Source of the DNA: an uncultured Spirochaetota bacterium
GTDB taxonomy: Bacteria > Spirochaetota > Spirochaetia > SZUA-6 > DRHE01
Assembly (NCBI GenBank): GCA_963736785.1
Contig: CAVTQG010000061.1
Location: 105,918-169,917 of the forward strand
Reading direction: 5' to 3'
Length of the DNA stretch: 64,000 nucleotides
Position numbers and translations under genes: made by a program. Below the pieces are notes generated by a model that saw only the letters and a program-made list of their open reading frames with translations, was not told the origin of the DNA and did not search any database. Of this stretch, positions 1 to 8,050 are shown piece by piece (positions within the stretch are counted from its first letter, which is position 1; every line of letters starts with the position of its first letter).

Positions 1-75
1 GGACTTCAAGGTCATGGAGAGCTGGCGCTTCTCGTCCCTGTGCTCCCCCACGCCGAAGCCGGTCATGCTCTTCAA
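1..75 (-). CDS. 5' end of YicC/YloC-family protein (truncated by window edge)
   Basis: TTG start overlapping the murC TGA; reads MKSMTGFGVGEHRDEKRQLSMTLKS, and SMTGFG is the typical YicC N-terminus. Confidence 0.6.
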   Translation of the reverse strand, partial: MKSMTGFGVGEHRDEKRQLSMTLKS

Positions 76-1529
76 AGTTTGCCTCCCAGCCTGGCCAGCA
101 ATGCGCGGCCTACCTTCCAGTTGTCTCCGGCGCCCATGGTCACGAACAGGTCGCCGGGCGCGAGCTTCCCGGCCAGCGCCTCCACCGCCTCCAGCGGCTC
201 CTCGTAATACTGCACCGCGGGGTGGCGCGAGGCGACCTCCCGATACAGCGTGCGCCCGTCCACCGGCAGGCGTCCGGCCTCCCCTGCTGACTCCCGGGCG
301 GAGGCGTACACCCGATGCAGGATCACCAGGTCCGCAGGGGCGAAGCATTCCGCGAACTGCGGGAGCAGGGCCCTGGTGCGGGAGTAGGTGTGCGGCATGA
401 AATCCACCACCAGGCGGCGGCCGGGGTAGAAGCTCTTGTACCCCTCCAGGGTGGCGCGGATCTCCGTGGGATGGTGGCCGTAATCGTCCAGGAACAGCAC
501 GCCGCCGGCCTCCCCCACCAGTTCGCTGCGGCGGCGCGTGCCGCGAAACCCGGCCAGCGCCGCGCGCGCAGCCTCCAGCTCGGAGGGGCCCAGCGCGCGG
601 CCTTCCGCCGCCAGCAGCTCCCCCGCCAGGGCCAGCGCCGCCGCGGCGTTCCAGGCCATGTGCTTTCCGGGCAGCGGCAGGGAGAACTCCCCCTCCAGGC
701 CGGCCAGCCGGAAGAGCGTCCGGCCTTGCCCGCTGTGCACCTGGCGCAAGCCGAATGGCCCCAGGGCCGTCTCCCCGTACGGGAGCAGGCGCAGGTCGGC
801 GCGCTGCGATCGGCAGCGCTCGGCCACGGCGCGCGCGCCAGCGTCGTCCGCGGCGTAGATAAGCGTGCCCCCCGGCGGCAGAAGCCGCACGTAGCTGCCG
901 AAGGCGTCGAGCACGTCCTCCAGGTCTCGGAAGTAATCCAGGTGGTCGGCTTCCACGCTGGTAATGACCACGCGGCGCGGACGAAAATTCAGGAAGTGAC
1001 GCCTGTACTCGCAGGTCTCGGCCACGAGGTAACGCTCGCCGCGCACCAGGGTCGAACGGCCGCCGAAGCCGGCGACCTCGGAGCCCACCAGCACCGTCAC
1101 CGGCAGCTCCAGGGCCTCCGCCAGGGTGCCGGCCAGCGCGGTGGTGGTGGTCTTGCCGTGGGTCCCCGCCACCCCGGAGGAATCGGCGGCCGCGGACAGT
1201 CGGCCCAGGGCTTCCGGATAGGAGAGTACCGGCAGGCCCCGCTTGAGCGCCTCCCGCAGCTCCACGTGCTCCTCGCGCGAGTACGCCGGGGAGTGCACCA
1301 CCAGCTGCACGCCCTCCTGCACATTGGCGGCGGAGAACGACTCGCGATAGGGCACGCCCAGCCGGGCGAGCAGCGCATCGGTGTAGAATTTTTCCGGTCC
1401 GTCCGAACCGCTCACGACGGCCCCCCGGCCTACCAGGATCTCCGCCAGCGCGGCCATGCCGGTGCCCTTGATGCCTACCAGGTGCACTCGGCATCCGGCC
1501 AACGTGTCCGGCCAGGGGTCTGCTACCAT
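72..1529 (-). CDS. murC: UDP-N-acetylmuramate--L-alanine ligase
   Basis: VHLVGIKGTGM, GTHGKTTTT, DDYGHHPTE, FMPHTYSRT and GAGD motifs. Confidence 0.95.
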   Translation of the reverse strand: MVADPWPDTLAGCRVHLVGIKGTGMAALAEILVGRGAVVSGSDGPEKFYTDALLARLGVPYRESFSAANVQEGVQLVVHSPAYSREEHVELREALKRGLPVLSYPEALGRLSAAADSSGVAGTHGKTTTTALAGTLAEALELPVTVLVGSEVAGFGGRSTLVRGERYLVAETCEYRRHFLNFRPRRVVITSVEADHLDYFRDLEDVLDAFGSYVRLLPPGGTLIYAADDAGARAVAERCRSQRADLRLLPYGETALGPFGLRQVHSGQGRTLFRLAGLEGEFSLPLPGKHMAWNAAAALALAGELLAAEGRALGPSELEAARAALAGFRGTRRRSELVGEAGGVLFLDDYGHHPTEIRATLEGYKSFYPGRRLVVDFMPHTYSRTRALLPQFAECFAPADLVILHRVYASARESAGEAGRLPVDGRTLYREVASRHPAVQYYEEPLEAVEALAGKLAPGDLFVTMGAGDNWKVGRALLARLGGKL

Positions 1530-1592
1530 TGAGCAACTATAGCCAATGGCCGGGCAATGTGGAAGCAGGCCAGCCTTTTCAGGCCGCCGCCG

Positions 1593-2057
1593 CTAGCGCG
1601 GGATCAGGATGGTGAAGCCGATGAAGCCCTGCCACTCGGGGAAGGCGGTAAGGGCGGGGATAAATCCCACGGTAGGCGCGACTTCGAGGAACAGCTCCAG
1701 CACGTTGTCGATCAGGAACACCTGCAGCCCCAGCGGGATGCGCGCCCCCAGGCTGAAGTCGGTCGGCTCGAAATAGAGGTTGATGTACGCCCCCACGCCG
1801 AGGAAGAAGTGCAGGAAATCGACGATCTGGTAGCGGTCAACGACCCGGTAGTCGGCGCTGAAGAAAAGGTATCCGGGAGCGGCGAAGTTATAGCCGATCT
1901 TGAAGTCCAAGGGCGCGGGGCGGATGATGAGCACGGCATTGGGGTTGCCGAACTCCAGCCCCAAACGCAGGCCGCCGGAACTCTTGGCCGAGGCGCCCGC
2001 GGCGCTCAACGCCAGCAGAACCATGAGAATCGTGAATATCTTCCAACCGTGTTTCAT
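1593..2057 (-). CDS. Small outer-membrane beta-barrel protein (DUF3996/BAPKO_0422-like)
   Basis: Signal peptide followed by alternating aromatic/Gly amphipathic strands (FFLGVGAY, LGARIPLGLQ, ELFLEVAP). Confidence 0.55.
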   Translation of the reverse strand: MKHGWKIFTILMVLLALSAAGASAKSSGGLRLGLEFGNPNAVLIIRPAPLDFKIGYNFAAPGYLFFSADYRVVDRYQIVDFLHFFLGVGAYINLYFEPTDFSLGARIPLGLQVFLIDNVLELFLEVAPTVGFIPALTAFPEWQGFIGFTILIPR

Positions 2058-2072
2058 GGTTCACCTCTCTTC

Positions 2073-2144
2073 CATCTCCTAGGGGAGTCGAACCCCTGCT
2101 GCCGGGATGAAAACCCGGTGTCCTAACCACTAGACGAAGGAGAC
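2073..2144 (-). tRNA. tRNA-Glu (TTC)
   Basis: Cloverleaf GTCTCCT...AGGAGAT, anticodon arm CCGGG-TT-TTC-AT-CCCGG, T-loop GTTCGAC; CCA not encoded. Confidence 0.95.
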
Positions 2145-2157
2145 ACGTTGCGAAACG

Positions 2158-2187
2158 AATATACGGCGACTGCGCCGCACCTGTCAA
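2158..2187 (-). promoter_or_regulatory. Sigma70-type promoter of tRNA-Glu
   Basis: TTGACA-18 bp-TATATT on the minus strand just upstream of the tRNA. Confidence 0.55.
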
Positions 2188-2191
2188 CCTG

Positions 2192-2215
2192 ATGAGCCGC
2201 GCAGGACTCGAACCT
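2192..2215 (-). repeat. att-like 24-bp direct repeat of the tRNA-Lys 3' end
   Basis: ATGAGCCGCGCAGGACTCGAACCT is identical to 4131-4154. Confidence 0.9.
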
Positions 2216-2238
2216 ATCGGGCGCCGCCGCCAGCTGCC

Positions 2239-2568
2239 CTATGCGGATCCGGAGGACTCAAGCGCGCTCAGCCTTATGACATCTACTGCCAGGTCCACAA
2301 TTCTCAAAGACCAGCTGCATGCTTCATCTTCGGTCATCTGTGCGACCGTTGCAGCCACCGACCCTTTGCCGCTTTCTTGATCTATCTTGGCTGTAAGGGC
2401 ATCATGAATCACCATCAGCTCCGCTGAAAGCTTCGCATCAAATAGATGGTCGGCGAGTTTGTGAATGCCAGATCGCCAAGCCTTGATTAGACGTTCTTTA
2501 ATAGTGCCCGTGCCGGCCAAACATCGCAAACCGATATAGAGCTTTTCCCATGCATATCCGTACTTCAA
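2239..2568 (-). CDS. Hypothetical protein (islet cargo)
   Basis: GGAGG RBS 8 nt before a TTG start; MKYGYAWEKLYIGLRCLAG..., 109 aa. Confidence 0.55.
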   Translation of the reverse strand: MKYGYAWEKLYIGLRCLAGTGTIKERLIKAWRSGIHKLADHLFDAKLSAELMVIHDALTAKIDQESGKGSVAATVAQMTEDEACSWSLRIVDLAVDVIRLSALESSGSA

Positions 2569-2648
2569 TATGAGAACCTCCTTCTGATCAAAAACCGCAT
2601 CATCCAGCAAGCCTGTTAGAGCACGCTCCGCAAGGGAGCCTGGACTGG

Positions 2649-2858
2649 TCAAATGCATCCGCCCGGTGCTGCGCCTCCCTGCTTCCCCAAGTAATCAACA
2701 TACCTCTTTATCGCGTCGTCATGGATGTAGCGCAGCTCAACAGCGATCTCCCCGAATCGGCGCTTGTCCCCGGCCTGCTGCAGGCGGAGTATTTCCTCTA
2801 CCTGATCGGGTTTCATGGCCCCGATCCTCACCAGAAAGTCGCCGATGCGGGCAGTCAT
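2649..2858 (-). CDS. Stand-alone MshEN-like (c-di-GMP-binding) small protein
   Basis: RIGDFLVRIGAMKPDQVEEILRLQ matches the 24-aa RLGxxLxxxG...LxxQ motif; second half-motif RFGEIAVEL. Confidence 0.7.
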   Translation of the reverse strand: MTARIGDFLVRIGAMKPDQVEEILRLQQAGDKRRFGEIAVELRYIHDDAIKRYVDYLGKQGGAAPGGCI

Positions 2859-3317
2859 TGCTTGAGGCCCTTTCTTACTATGTCCTGAATTACAGCAGAT
2901 AACACTACTGAAATATTTTGGTCCGCATAAAGGGCGTTTTTATATTTCTTATCAATGGCGCTAATGATATAAGAAATATGTGATCCAGAAATGAAGATCT
3001 TTCCCAAGAGCTGGCATGAGCAATGCATCCCTCACTGAAAGATCAGGATTGGATTCGGTGATTGCCAGACGCGGCCTGATAGATCAGTAAAAGGATACTG
3101 CTATTGCGGCATGTCTCCCCTTCATCGATACTGCTGGTTGGAATTCTGAGATCATGCTTACTTCTTGGCCGCTTGCCGCAGATTTAGGCAAGAATGACAA
3201 TTTGTGCAAAGGATAGCATATTTGGTAAATGGATACCAGTAGCGGACAATAACTTTTTTTAATATATCTTTATGCTATGTTAAGATCTGGGTCAGCCTAT
3301 CGATCATCGAGCAGATT

Positions 3318-3602
3318 CTAAGTCAACTCATCATGCTTCTTGGCGGCAGAGTCACCGTTTTTTCGGCGCGCCGCCGCCGCCTTTTTTGTGATTTCCTCCT
3401 CGATCGTTTCCAGCACTTCCTTGAATCTCTCCTGCACAGCCAAACCCTGACGAATGAGCATTCGAATTACTACCTGCAGCTCCTCGCCCTCACAGGGCCC
3501 GCTTTCGATAAAGGCTTCTATGCGCTTGCGCAGTGCCGCATTAACCCGAATGTTAATTTTTTCACTCTTGGTTTCGTCCGCGCCCTTTATTTTCCTACCC
3601 AT
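3318..3602 (-). CDS. Ribbon-helix-helix-type DNA-binding protein
   Basis: KSEKINIRVNAALRKRIE strand-helix pattern, VIRMLIRQGL second helix, basic tail. Confidence 0.6.
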   Translation of the reverse strand: MGRKIKGADETKSEKINIRVNAALRKRIEAFIESGPCEGEELQVVIRMLIRQGLAVQERFKEVLETIEEEITKKAAAARRKNGDSAAKKHDELT

Positions 3603-3609
3603 GCACCAA

Positions 3610-3632
3610 ATTATACTGCAAAATATTTTGCA
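3610..3632 (-). promoter_or_regulatory. -10 box plus palindromic operator upstream of the RHH gene
   Basis: TATAAT at 3615-3610, 7 nt from the ATG; perfect palindrome TGCAAAATATTTTGCA at 3617-3632. Confidence 0.5.
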
Positions 3633-3949
3633 TTTGTGAAGCTTTTTTCCCTATAGGGCTGCAGGCGGTACTGCCTAACGACGATCCTACAGCAGTTCAG
3701 GCCAACAGAATCAAAGAGCTGCGTGTCCGTCAGCTCGCATGCATCCAGCAGAAAAATTGCAGTTTCGACCGCCGGCGGCGCATCCGCTGTCTACTGAGCC
3801 CCCAGGCCCCCTGCCCCCCAAGCAAGCGTAGCGAGCCACAGGCGCCACCATGCATGCCGCGTGGTATCCGAGCATAGCTGGCCGCTCCTGGGTCCTCTAC
3901 GCGAGGCATATAGTATTTCTGCTATATAGCAAGTCCCAAAGCGATGGCT

Positions 3950-4095
3950 CTCAGGGGAAATGGCCGACAGGCGCAGTTTGTCGAATCTCGGCAGCAGGTG
4001 ATTCTCCAGCGCCCGGCACATGCGGAGACGTAGCGCTCGGAAATGGCGGGCTTGCCAGCGGCGGAGCGCTCCAGCCGGCCGCGGATGTACTCGCA
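3950..4095 (-). pseudogene. Tyrosine-integrase N-terminal (core-binding) remnant
   Basis: Two frames join as CEYIRGRLERSAAGKPAISERYVS / MCRALENHLLPRFDKLRLSAISP, adjacent to the att site; no catalytic domain. Confidence 0.5.
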
Positions 4096-4131
4096 TCGGC
4101 GACAGGTGAAGCTAATTGCTTACGATGCAAA

Positions 4132-4204
4132 TGAGCCGCGCAGGACTCGAACCTGCGACCCACAGCTTAAAAGGCTGTTGCTCTACCACCTGAGCTAGCG
4201 GCCC
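4132..4204 (-). tRNA. tRNA-Lys (TTT)
   Basis: GGGCCGC...GCGGCTC-A acceptor, anticodon arm ACAGC-CT-TTT-AA-GCTGT, GTTCGAG T-loop. Confidence 0.95.
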
Positions 4205-4224
4205 GCCGAAGCGGAAGCACGGGC

Positions 4225-4254
4225 ACTATAGCACCGGCCCTCCGCGAGTGTCAA
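4225..4254 (-). promoter_or_regulatory. Sigma70-type promoter of tRNA-Lys
   Basis: TTGACA-18 bp-TATAGT. Confidence 0.6.
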
Positions 4255-4311
4255 TTCGAGGCTTGTCGGCGGGTGGGAGGGTTGCGGGGCTTGTGGTGAA
4301 CGCGGGTGCGG

Positions 4312-4887
4312 CTACAGGCGCAGCGCGGCCTCCAGAGCCATCCCGGAGCTGGGCTGGTCGCCGAGGTGCCGCCCCATTTCCCGGGTGAAGAAGGCGGCAT
4401 TGAGGTCCAGCAGGGGCAACCGCAGGCCCCCGCCGAAAGTCAGGTACCCCTGGTTCAGCCCCGCGCGCAGGGCCAGGAAACGCAGCAGGCGGACCTCGGT
4501 GCCCAGATGCAGCGCCGTCCAAGGCGAACGCTCGCCCCGGATCACCGTGATCAGGTCGCTCAAGGCCAGATGCACCACCGGATCGAAGGTCCGGGGCGCG
4601 AAGTCGAAGCGGTAGGAGAGCCCCAGGCTGAGCTCCATTGGAATGACGGGGTCCTCCGCGATGGCCGTCCCGCCGCTGGGGAATCCGCCCGTTTTCCGAA
4701 GGGCGTCCAGCACATCGCCGAAGGTGCTCTGCCTGTAGGCGATGCTGGTCCCGAGGAAGTCCCGCACGGACAACCCGATCCGCAGCCCGCCCAGGGCCAG
4801 CAGCGCGCCCAGGTCGATGCCGAAACCGAAGCCGTAGAGGGCCGTGGCCGTTTCCAGCGCGGCCAGCGGGTTGCCTCCGTCAACCAA
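4312..4887 (-). CDS. Putative outer-membrane barrel, C-terminal portion (TraF-like barrel family)
   Basis: Amphipathic strands GIDLGALL, LRAGLNQGYLTFGGGL; no signal peptide; TTG start overlaps the mtaB stop. Confidence 0.45.
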   Translation of the reverse strand: MVDGGNPLAALETATALYGFGFGIDLGALLALGGLRIGLSVRDFLGTSIAYRQSTFGDVLDALRKTGGFPSGGTAIAEDPVIPMELSLGLSYRFDFAPRTFDPVVHLALSDLITVIRGERSPWTALHLGTEVRLLRFLALRAGLNQGYLTFGGGLRLPLLDLNAAFFTREMGRHLGDQPSSGMALEAALRL

Positions 4888-6256
4888 TCGCCGGGCCCAG
4901 GAATATCGCGCCGCAGGGATTGCCGTCTCCTTCGATCCTGGCCCGCACCAGCCGGCCCGGTGAAAACCCCGAAGGGCCGGGTCCCTCCGGGACGCCGCGC
5001 ACCGCGCAAGGCAGGTAGTTGCCGCTGAATCCCCGCCAGGCGGACCCTCCCGCCCGGCGCTCCTCCAGCACTACCTCCACCTCTCTGCCGACCATGCTGC
5101 CGCGGTAGGCCCGCGCCAGGCGGTCGCTCAGCTCGGTCAGGGCCCGCACCCGCTCGTCGCGCACCCGCTCCGGCACCCTGCCCCCCATCCGGACCGCCGC
5201 GGTGCCCGGCCTGGGCGAAAACGGGAACACGTGCAGCTTGGCGAAACCCAGGCTCTCGGCCAGCTCGAAGGTGGCCCGGAAATCCTCCTCCGTCTCGCCG
5301 GGAAATCCGGCGATCAGGTCCGCGGCCAGGAACGGTTCGGCGCGCGCGCCGCGCAGCAGCCCGACAGCCCGCCGGACCTGCTCCGCCCGGTAGCGCCGGC
5401 GCATGGCCGCGAGCAGGCGGTCGGAGCCGGACTGCACCGGCAGGTGGAAGTGCGGGCAGACCCGGGGATGGCGCAGCGCCTCCACCAGCGCGGGCTTTAT
5501 GGTTTCCGGCTCCAGGGAGGAAAGCCGCAGCCGGACCCCGGCGGTGGACTCCAGCAGCCGCTCCAGGAGCCGCCCCAGCCCTGCCTCGCCCTGCGGAGTT
5601 CCCGCCCCGTGCCGCCAGGCGCTGATGTTCACCCCGGTCAGGACAACCTCGCGGTAGCCCGCCTCCTCCAACAGCTTGACGCGCCGGATGGCCAGCTCCG
5701 GGTCCAGACTGAGCGACCCGCCCCGCGCCAGGGGAACGCGGCAATAAGCGCAGCGGTGGTCGCAGCCGTCCTGTATTTTCAAGAAGGCGCGGGAGTGGAA
5801 GTTGTAGCTCTGGACCTGGAATTCGAACGGATCGGGGCTACCGCGGGCGCGCCGACCGCGCAGGTCCCGGAGGATCGCTTCCGCCTGGCCCTTCGGGGTT
5901 ATCACGCTCAGCCCCTGCTCCTGCAGGCGCCGCGGGAGATCCAACAGAAGGCTCTTTTCCGCTTGGGAGACCACAATCACGTTGGGGCCCAGGCTCTCGA
6001 TGGCCCCGGCCTCCAGCTGGGCGTAGCAGCCGGTCACCAGCAGCAGCGCCGCGGGACGCCCGCGCGCCAGGCTGCGGATGTAGCGCCGGGCCTTCTGCTC
6101 GCTCTTGCCGGTCACCGTGCAGGTGTTGACCAGGTACACCTCGGCCTGCTCGGCGGCGTCCACCAGCGAAAAGCCCCGGCTCCGGAAGGCGGAAGCCAGG
6201 GCTTCGGTTTCGAACTGGTTCAGCTTGCAGCCGAAGGTGTGGAAAGCGGCTCTCAT
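4880..6256 (-). CDS. mtaB: tRNA t6A37 methylthiotransferase (radical SAM)
   Basis: FHTFGCKLNQFE, NTCTVT, KIQDGCDHRCAYC (CxxxCxxC), C-terminal TRAM-like region; ATGA overlap with the upstream gene. Confidence 0.9.
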   Translation of the reverse strand: MRAAFHTFGCKLNQFETEALASAFRSRGFSLVDAAEQAEVYLVNTCTVTGKSEQKARRYIRSLARGRPAALLLVTGCYAQLEAGAIESLGPNVIVVSQAEKSLLLDLPRRLQEQGLSVITPKGQAEAILRDLRGRRARGSPDPFEFQVQSYNFHSRAFLKIQDGCDHRCAYCRVPLARGGSLSLDPELAIRRVKLLEEAGYREVVLTGVNISAWRHGAGTPQGEAGLGRLLERLLESTAGVRLRLSSLEPETIKPALVEALRHPRVCPHFHLPVQSGSDRLLAAMRRRYRAEQVRRAVGLLRGARAEPFLAADLIAGFPGETEEDFRATFELAESLGFAKLHVFPFSPRPGTAAVRMGGRVPERVRDERVRALTELSDRLARAYRGSMVGREVEVVLEERRAGGSAWRGFSGNYLPCAVRGVPEGPGPSGFSPGRLVRARIEGDGNPCGAIFLGPAIG

Positions 6257-6903
6257 CCCCCGGGGGCCTGGCCCTCCACGCGCGCCTTGCCGCGCTGCGC
6301 GTCCACCAGGCTGGGATTGAGCGCCAGCGCCTTGTTGTAGGCCTCCAGGGAGAAGCGGGTGTCGCCCGCCTTTTCGCGGGCGTAGCCCAGGCGGGCCCAC
6401 CAGTCGGCGATGTTCGGGGAGTGGTACAGCGCGGTGGACAGGGCGATGTCGGCATTGGCGAACTTGCCCTGCTGGATGTAGATCTCCCCCATCAGGTAGT
6501 ACACGGCGTCGATGCGCCCGCCGGTCGGGGCGATGGCAGCGTACTCCTCCAGATATTTCATCGATTCCTGTCGCCGGCCCAGGTAATACTGGGCCTCGCC
6601 GGCGATCTCGATGATCCGTGGATCGTAGCGGGAAACGGCGAAGGCCTTCTGGCTGGCCTCCATGGCTTCCTGATAGCGCTTGAGCTTGAGCAGGCTCCAG
6701 CCCAGGATGGCGTGGGCGTCCAGGCGGGCGGGCATTTCCTCCAGCTCCCGGCGGCAGATGTCCACGGCCGCCTGGAAGTTTCCGGCGCGGTACAGCTCCA
6801 GGGCGTCCTGCTTTTCCTGCGCGCTCGCCGGCGTCGCGGCCAGCAGCGTGCCGGCCAGCAGAACGGCGGCCAGCAGCGCCGCCGGCGGGAGGGCTGTTCT
6901 CAT
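6253..6903 (-). CDS. Exported TPR-repeat protein
   Basis: Signal peptide plus repeated TPR helices (A..ILG..L, YYLMGEIY, WARLGYAR). Confidence 0.85.
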   Translation of the reverse strand: MRTALPPAALLAAVLLAGTLLAATPASAQEKQDALELYRAGNFQAAVDICRRELEEMPARLDAHAILGWSLLKLKRYQEAMEASQKAFAVSRYDPRIIEIAGEAQYYLGRRQESMKYLEEYAAIAPTGGRIDAVYYLMGEIYIQQGKFANADIALSTALYHSPNIADWWARLGYAREKAGDTRFSLEAYNKALALNPSLVDAQRGKARVEGQAPGG

Positions 6904-7295
6904 TTCTGCGCCTCGGCCTTGGGCGCCGGGGCCTTGTCGCGGCGCATGGTGCAGCGGCCGTTGTACTGGCAGCCGCTCTCCATGACCAGGTCAGGGGTGG
7001 CCAGGTCGCCGACCATGGAGGCGGTGGAGAAGAACTCCACGCGCGAGTGGGCGACCACGTCCCCCTCGATGTGTCCCTTGGAGGAAACAGTGCCGGCCTC
7101 GATCTTGGCCTTGACCACCGCCTTCTCGCCGATGTACAGGTCCGAGGAGGCCTTGATTTCGCCCTGGAACGTGCCCTTGATCATCAGCGGCTTCTGGAAG
7201 GTGAGCACTCCGGAAAAGTTGATGTCCTCCGCCAGAATCGTGTCGACGTCGGTCTCCTCGACCTGCTCGATCCTGACGTCCCGCATGTCTCTCAT
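6900..7295 (-). CDS. Bactofilin (polymer-forming cytoskeletal protein)
   Basis: DTILAEDINFSGVL...IKGTFQGEI...GDLATPDLVMESGCQYNGRCTM beta-helix pattern. Confidence 0.85.
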   Translation of the reverse strand: MRDMRDVRIEQVEETDVDTILAEDINFSGVLTFQKPLMIKGTFQGEIKASSDLYIGEKAVVKAKIEAGTVSSKGHIEGDVVAHSRVEFFSTASMVGDLATPDLVMESGCQYNGRCTMRRDKAPAPKAEAQK

Positions 7296-7317
7296 TCCGG
7301 GAATCGTAGCGTAGCCC

Positions 7318-8043
7318 CTAGGGCGTGTCAAGCTTCGCCTTGAGGGCCTCCAGCGCCAGATCCAGGGCCCGGCGCATGGCGGGGGTGTGCGGGTTGTACC
7401 GCTGCAGGTCCAGGAACAGCCTCCAGGTGTCGTTGCAGGTCTGCTCCACGATGCCCAGCAGGCGCCGGTAGCCCAGCGAGCCGATCGCCGATGGCTCCAG
7501 ATGCAGCTCGGCCAGCACGCGCCCCAGGTAATGGGTCAGCCCCTGGGTGAAAGCCGCCTGGCGGTCGTGCTCCTCCGGGGCCAGGCGATGCACCTCCAGG
7601 CCGAAGGAGGCGAAGAAAGCCTCCCACTCCCGGCAGCGCGGCTCCTCCAGGCGGACCGGCCAGAGGATCATGGGCAGGCCTTCCACCCCCCTTGCCCCCG
7701 AGTCCGGACCGAACATCGGGTGGGTGGCCAGGATGCCGACCCCGGGCGGCAGCAGCTCGCGCATCCAGCGCACGGGCAGCTCTTTGACCGAACAGGTGTC
7801 CAGCACCAGGGTACCGGGGTTCAACCGCGGGGAAATGCTGGCCAGCAGCTCCGGCATGGCGCCGATGTCCACACACAAGCACACGGCCGGCATAGCCAGC
7901 AGCTCCTCCTCGCCCACCCGCCGCACCCCGGCCGGGGCGGGGCGGTCCGGGTTGCGGGAATAGGCCTTGACCTCCGCCTTGCCGGACAGCAGACGGGCGA
8001 AGAACGAGCCGAACCTTCCCAGGCCGTAGACTCCGATCCGCAT
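7318..8043 (-). CDS. tyrA: Prephenate/arogenate dehydrogenase
   Basis: GLGRFG Rossmann motif, DTCSVK, THPMFGP, EEHDRQAAFTQGLTH. Confidence 0.85.
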   Translation of the reverse strand: MRIGVYGLGRFGSFFARLLSGKAEVKAYSRNPDRPAPAGVRRVGEEELLAMPAVCLCVDIGAMPELLASISPRLNPGTLVLDTCSVKELPVRWMRELLPPGVGILATHPMFGPDSGARGVEGLPMILWPVRLEEPRCREWEAFFASFGLEVHRLAPEEHDRQAAFTQGLTHYLGRVLAELHLEPSAIGSLGYRRLLGIVEQTCNDTWRLFLDLQRYNPHTPAMRRALDLALEALKAKLDTP

Positions 8044-8050
8044 GGGCAAC

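Larger units (their letters stand above)
2192..4154. mobile_element. ~1.9-kb islet integrated at the tRNA-Lys 3' end (decayed integrative element)
   Basis: Flanking 24-bp direct repeats, visibly AT-richer interior, RHH regulator and integrase-like remnant. Confidence 0.75.

Noticed and set aside
2860-3310. AT-rich stretch inside the islet as a possible ncRNA or origin
   Set aside because: No convincing ORF, iteron or stable structure could be identified by eye.
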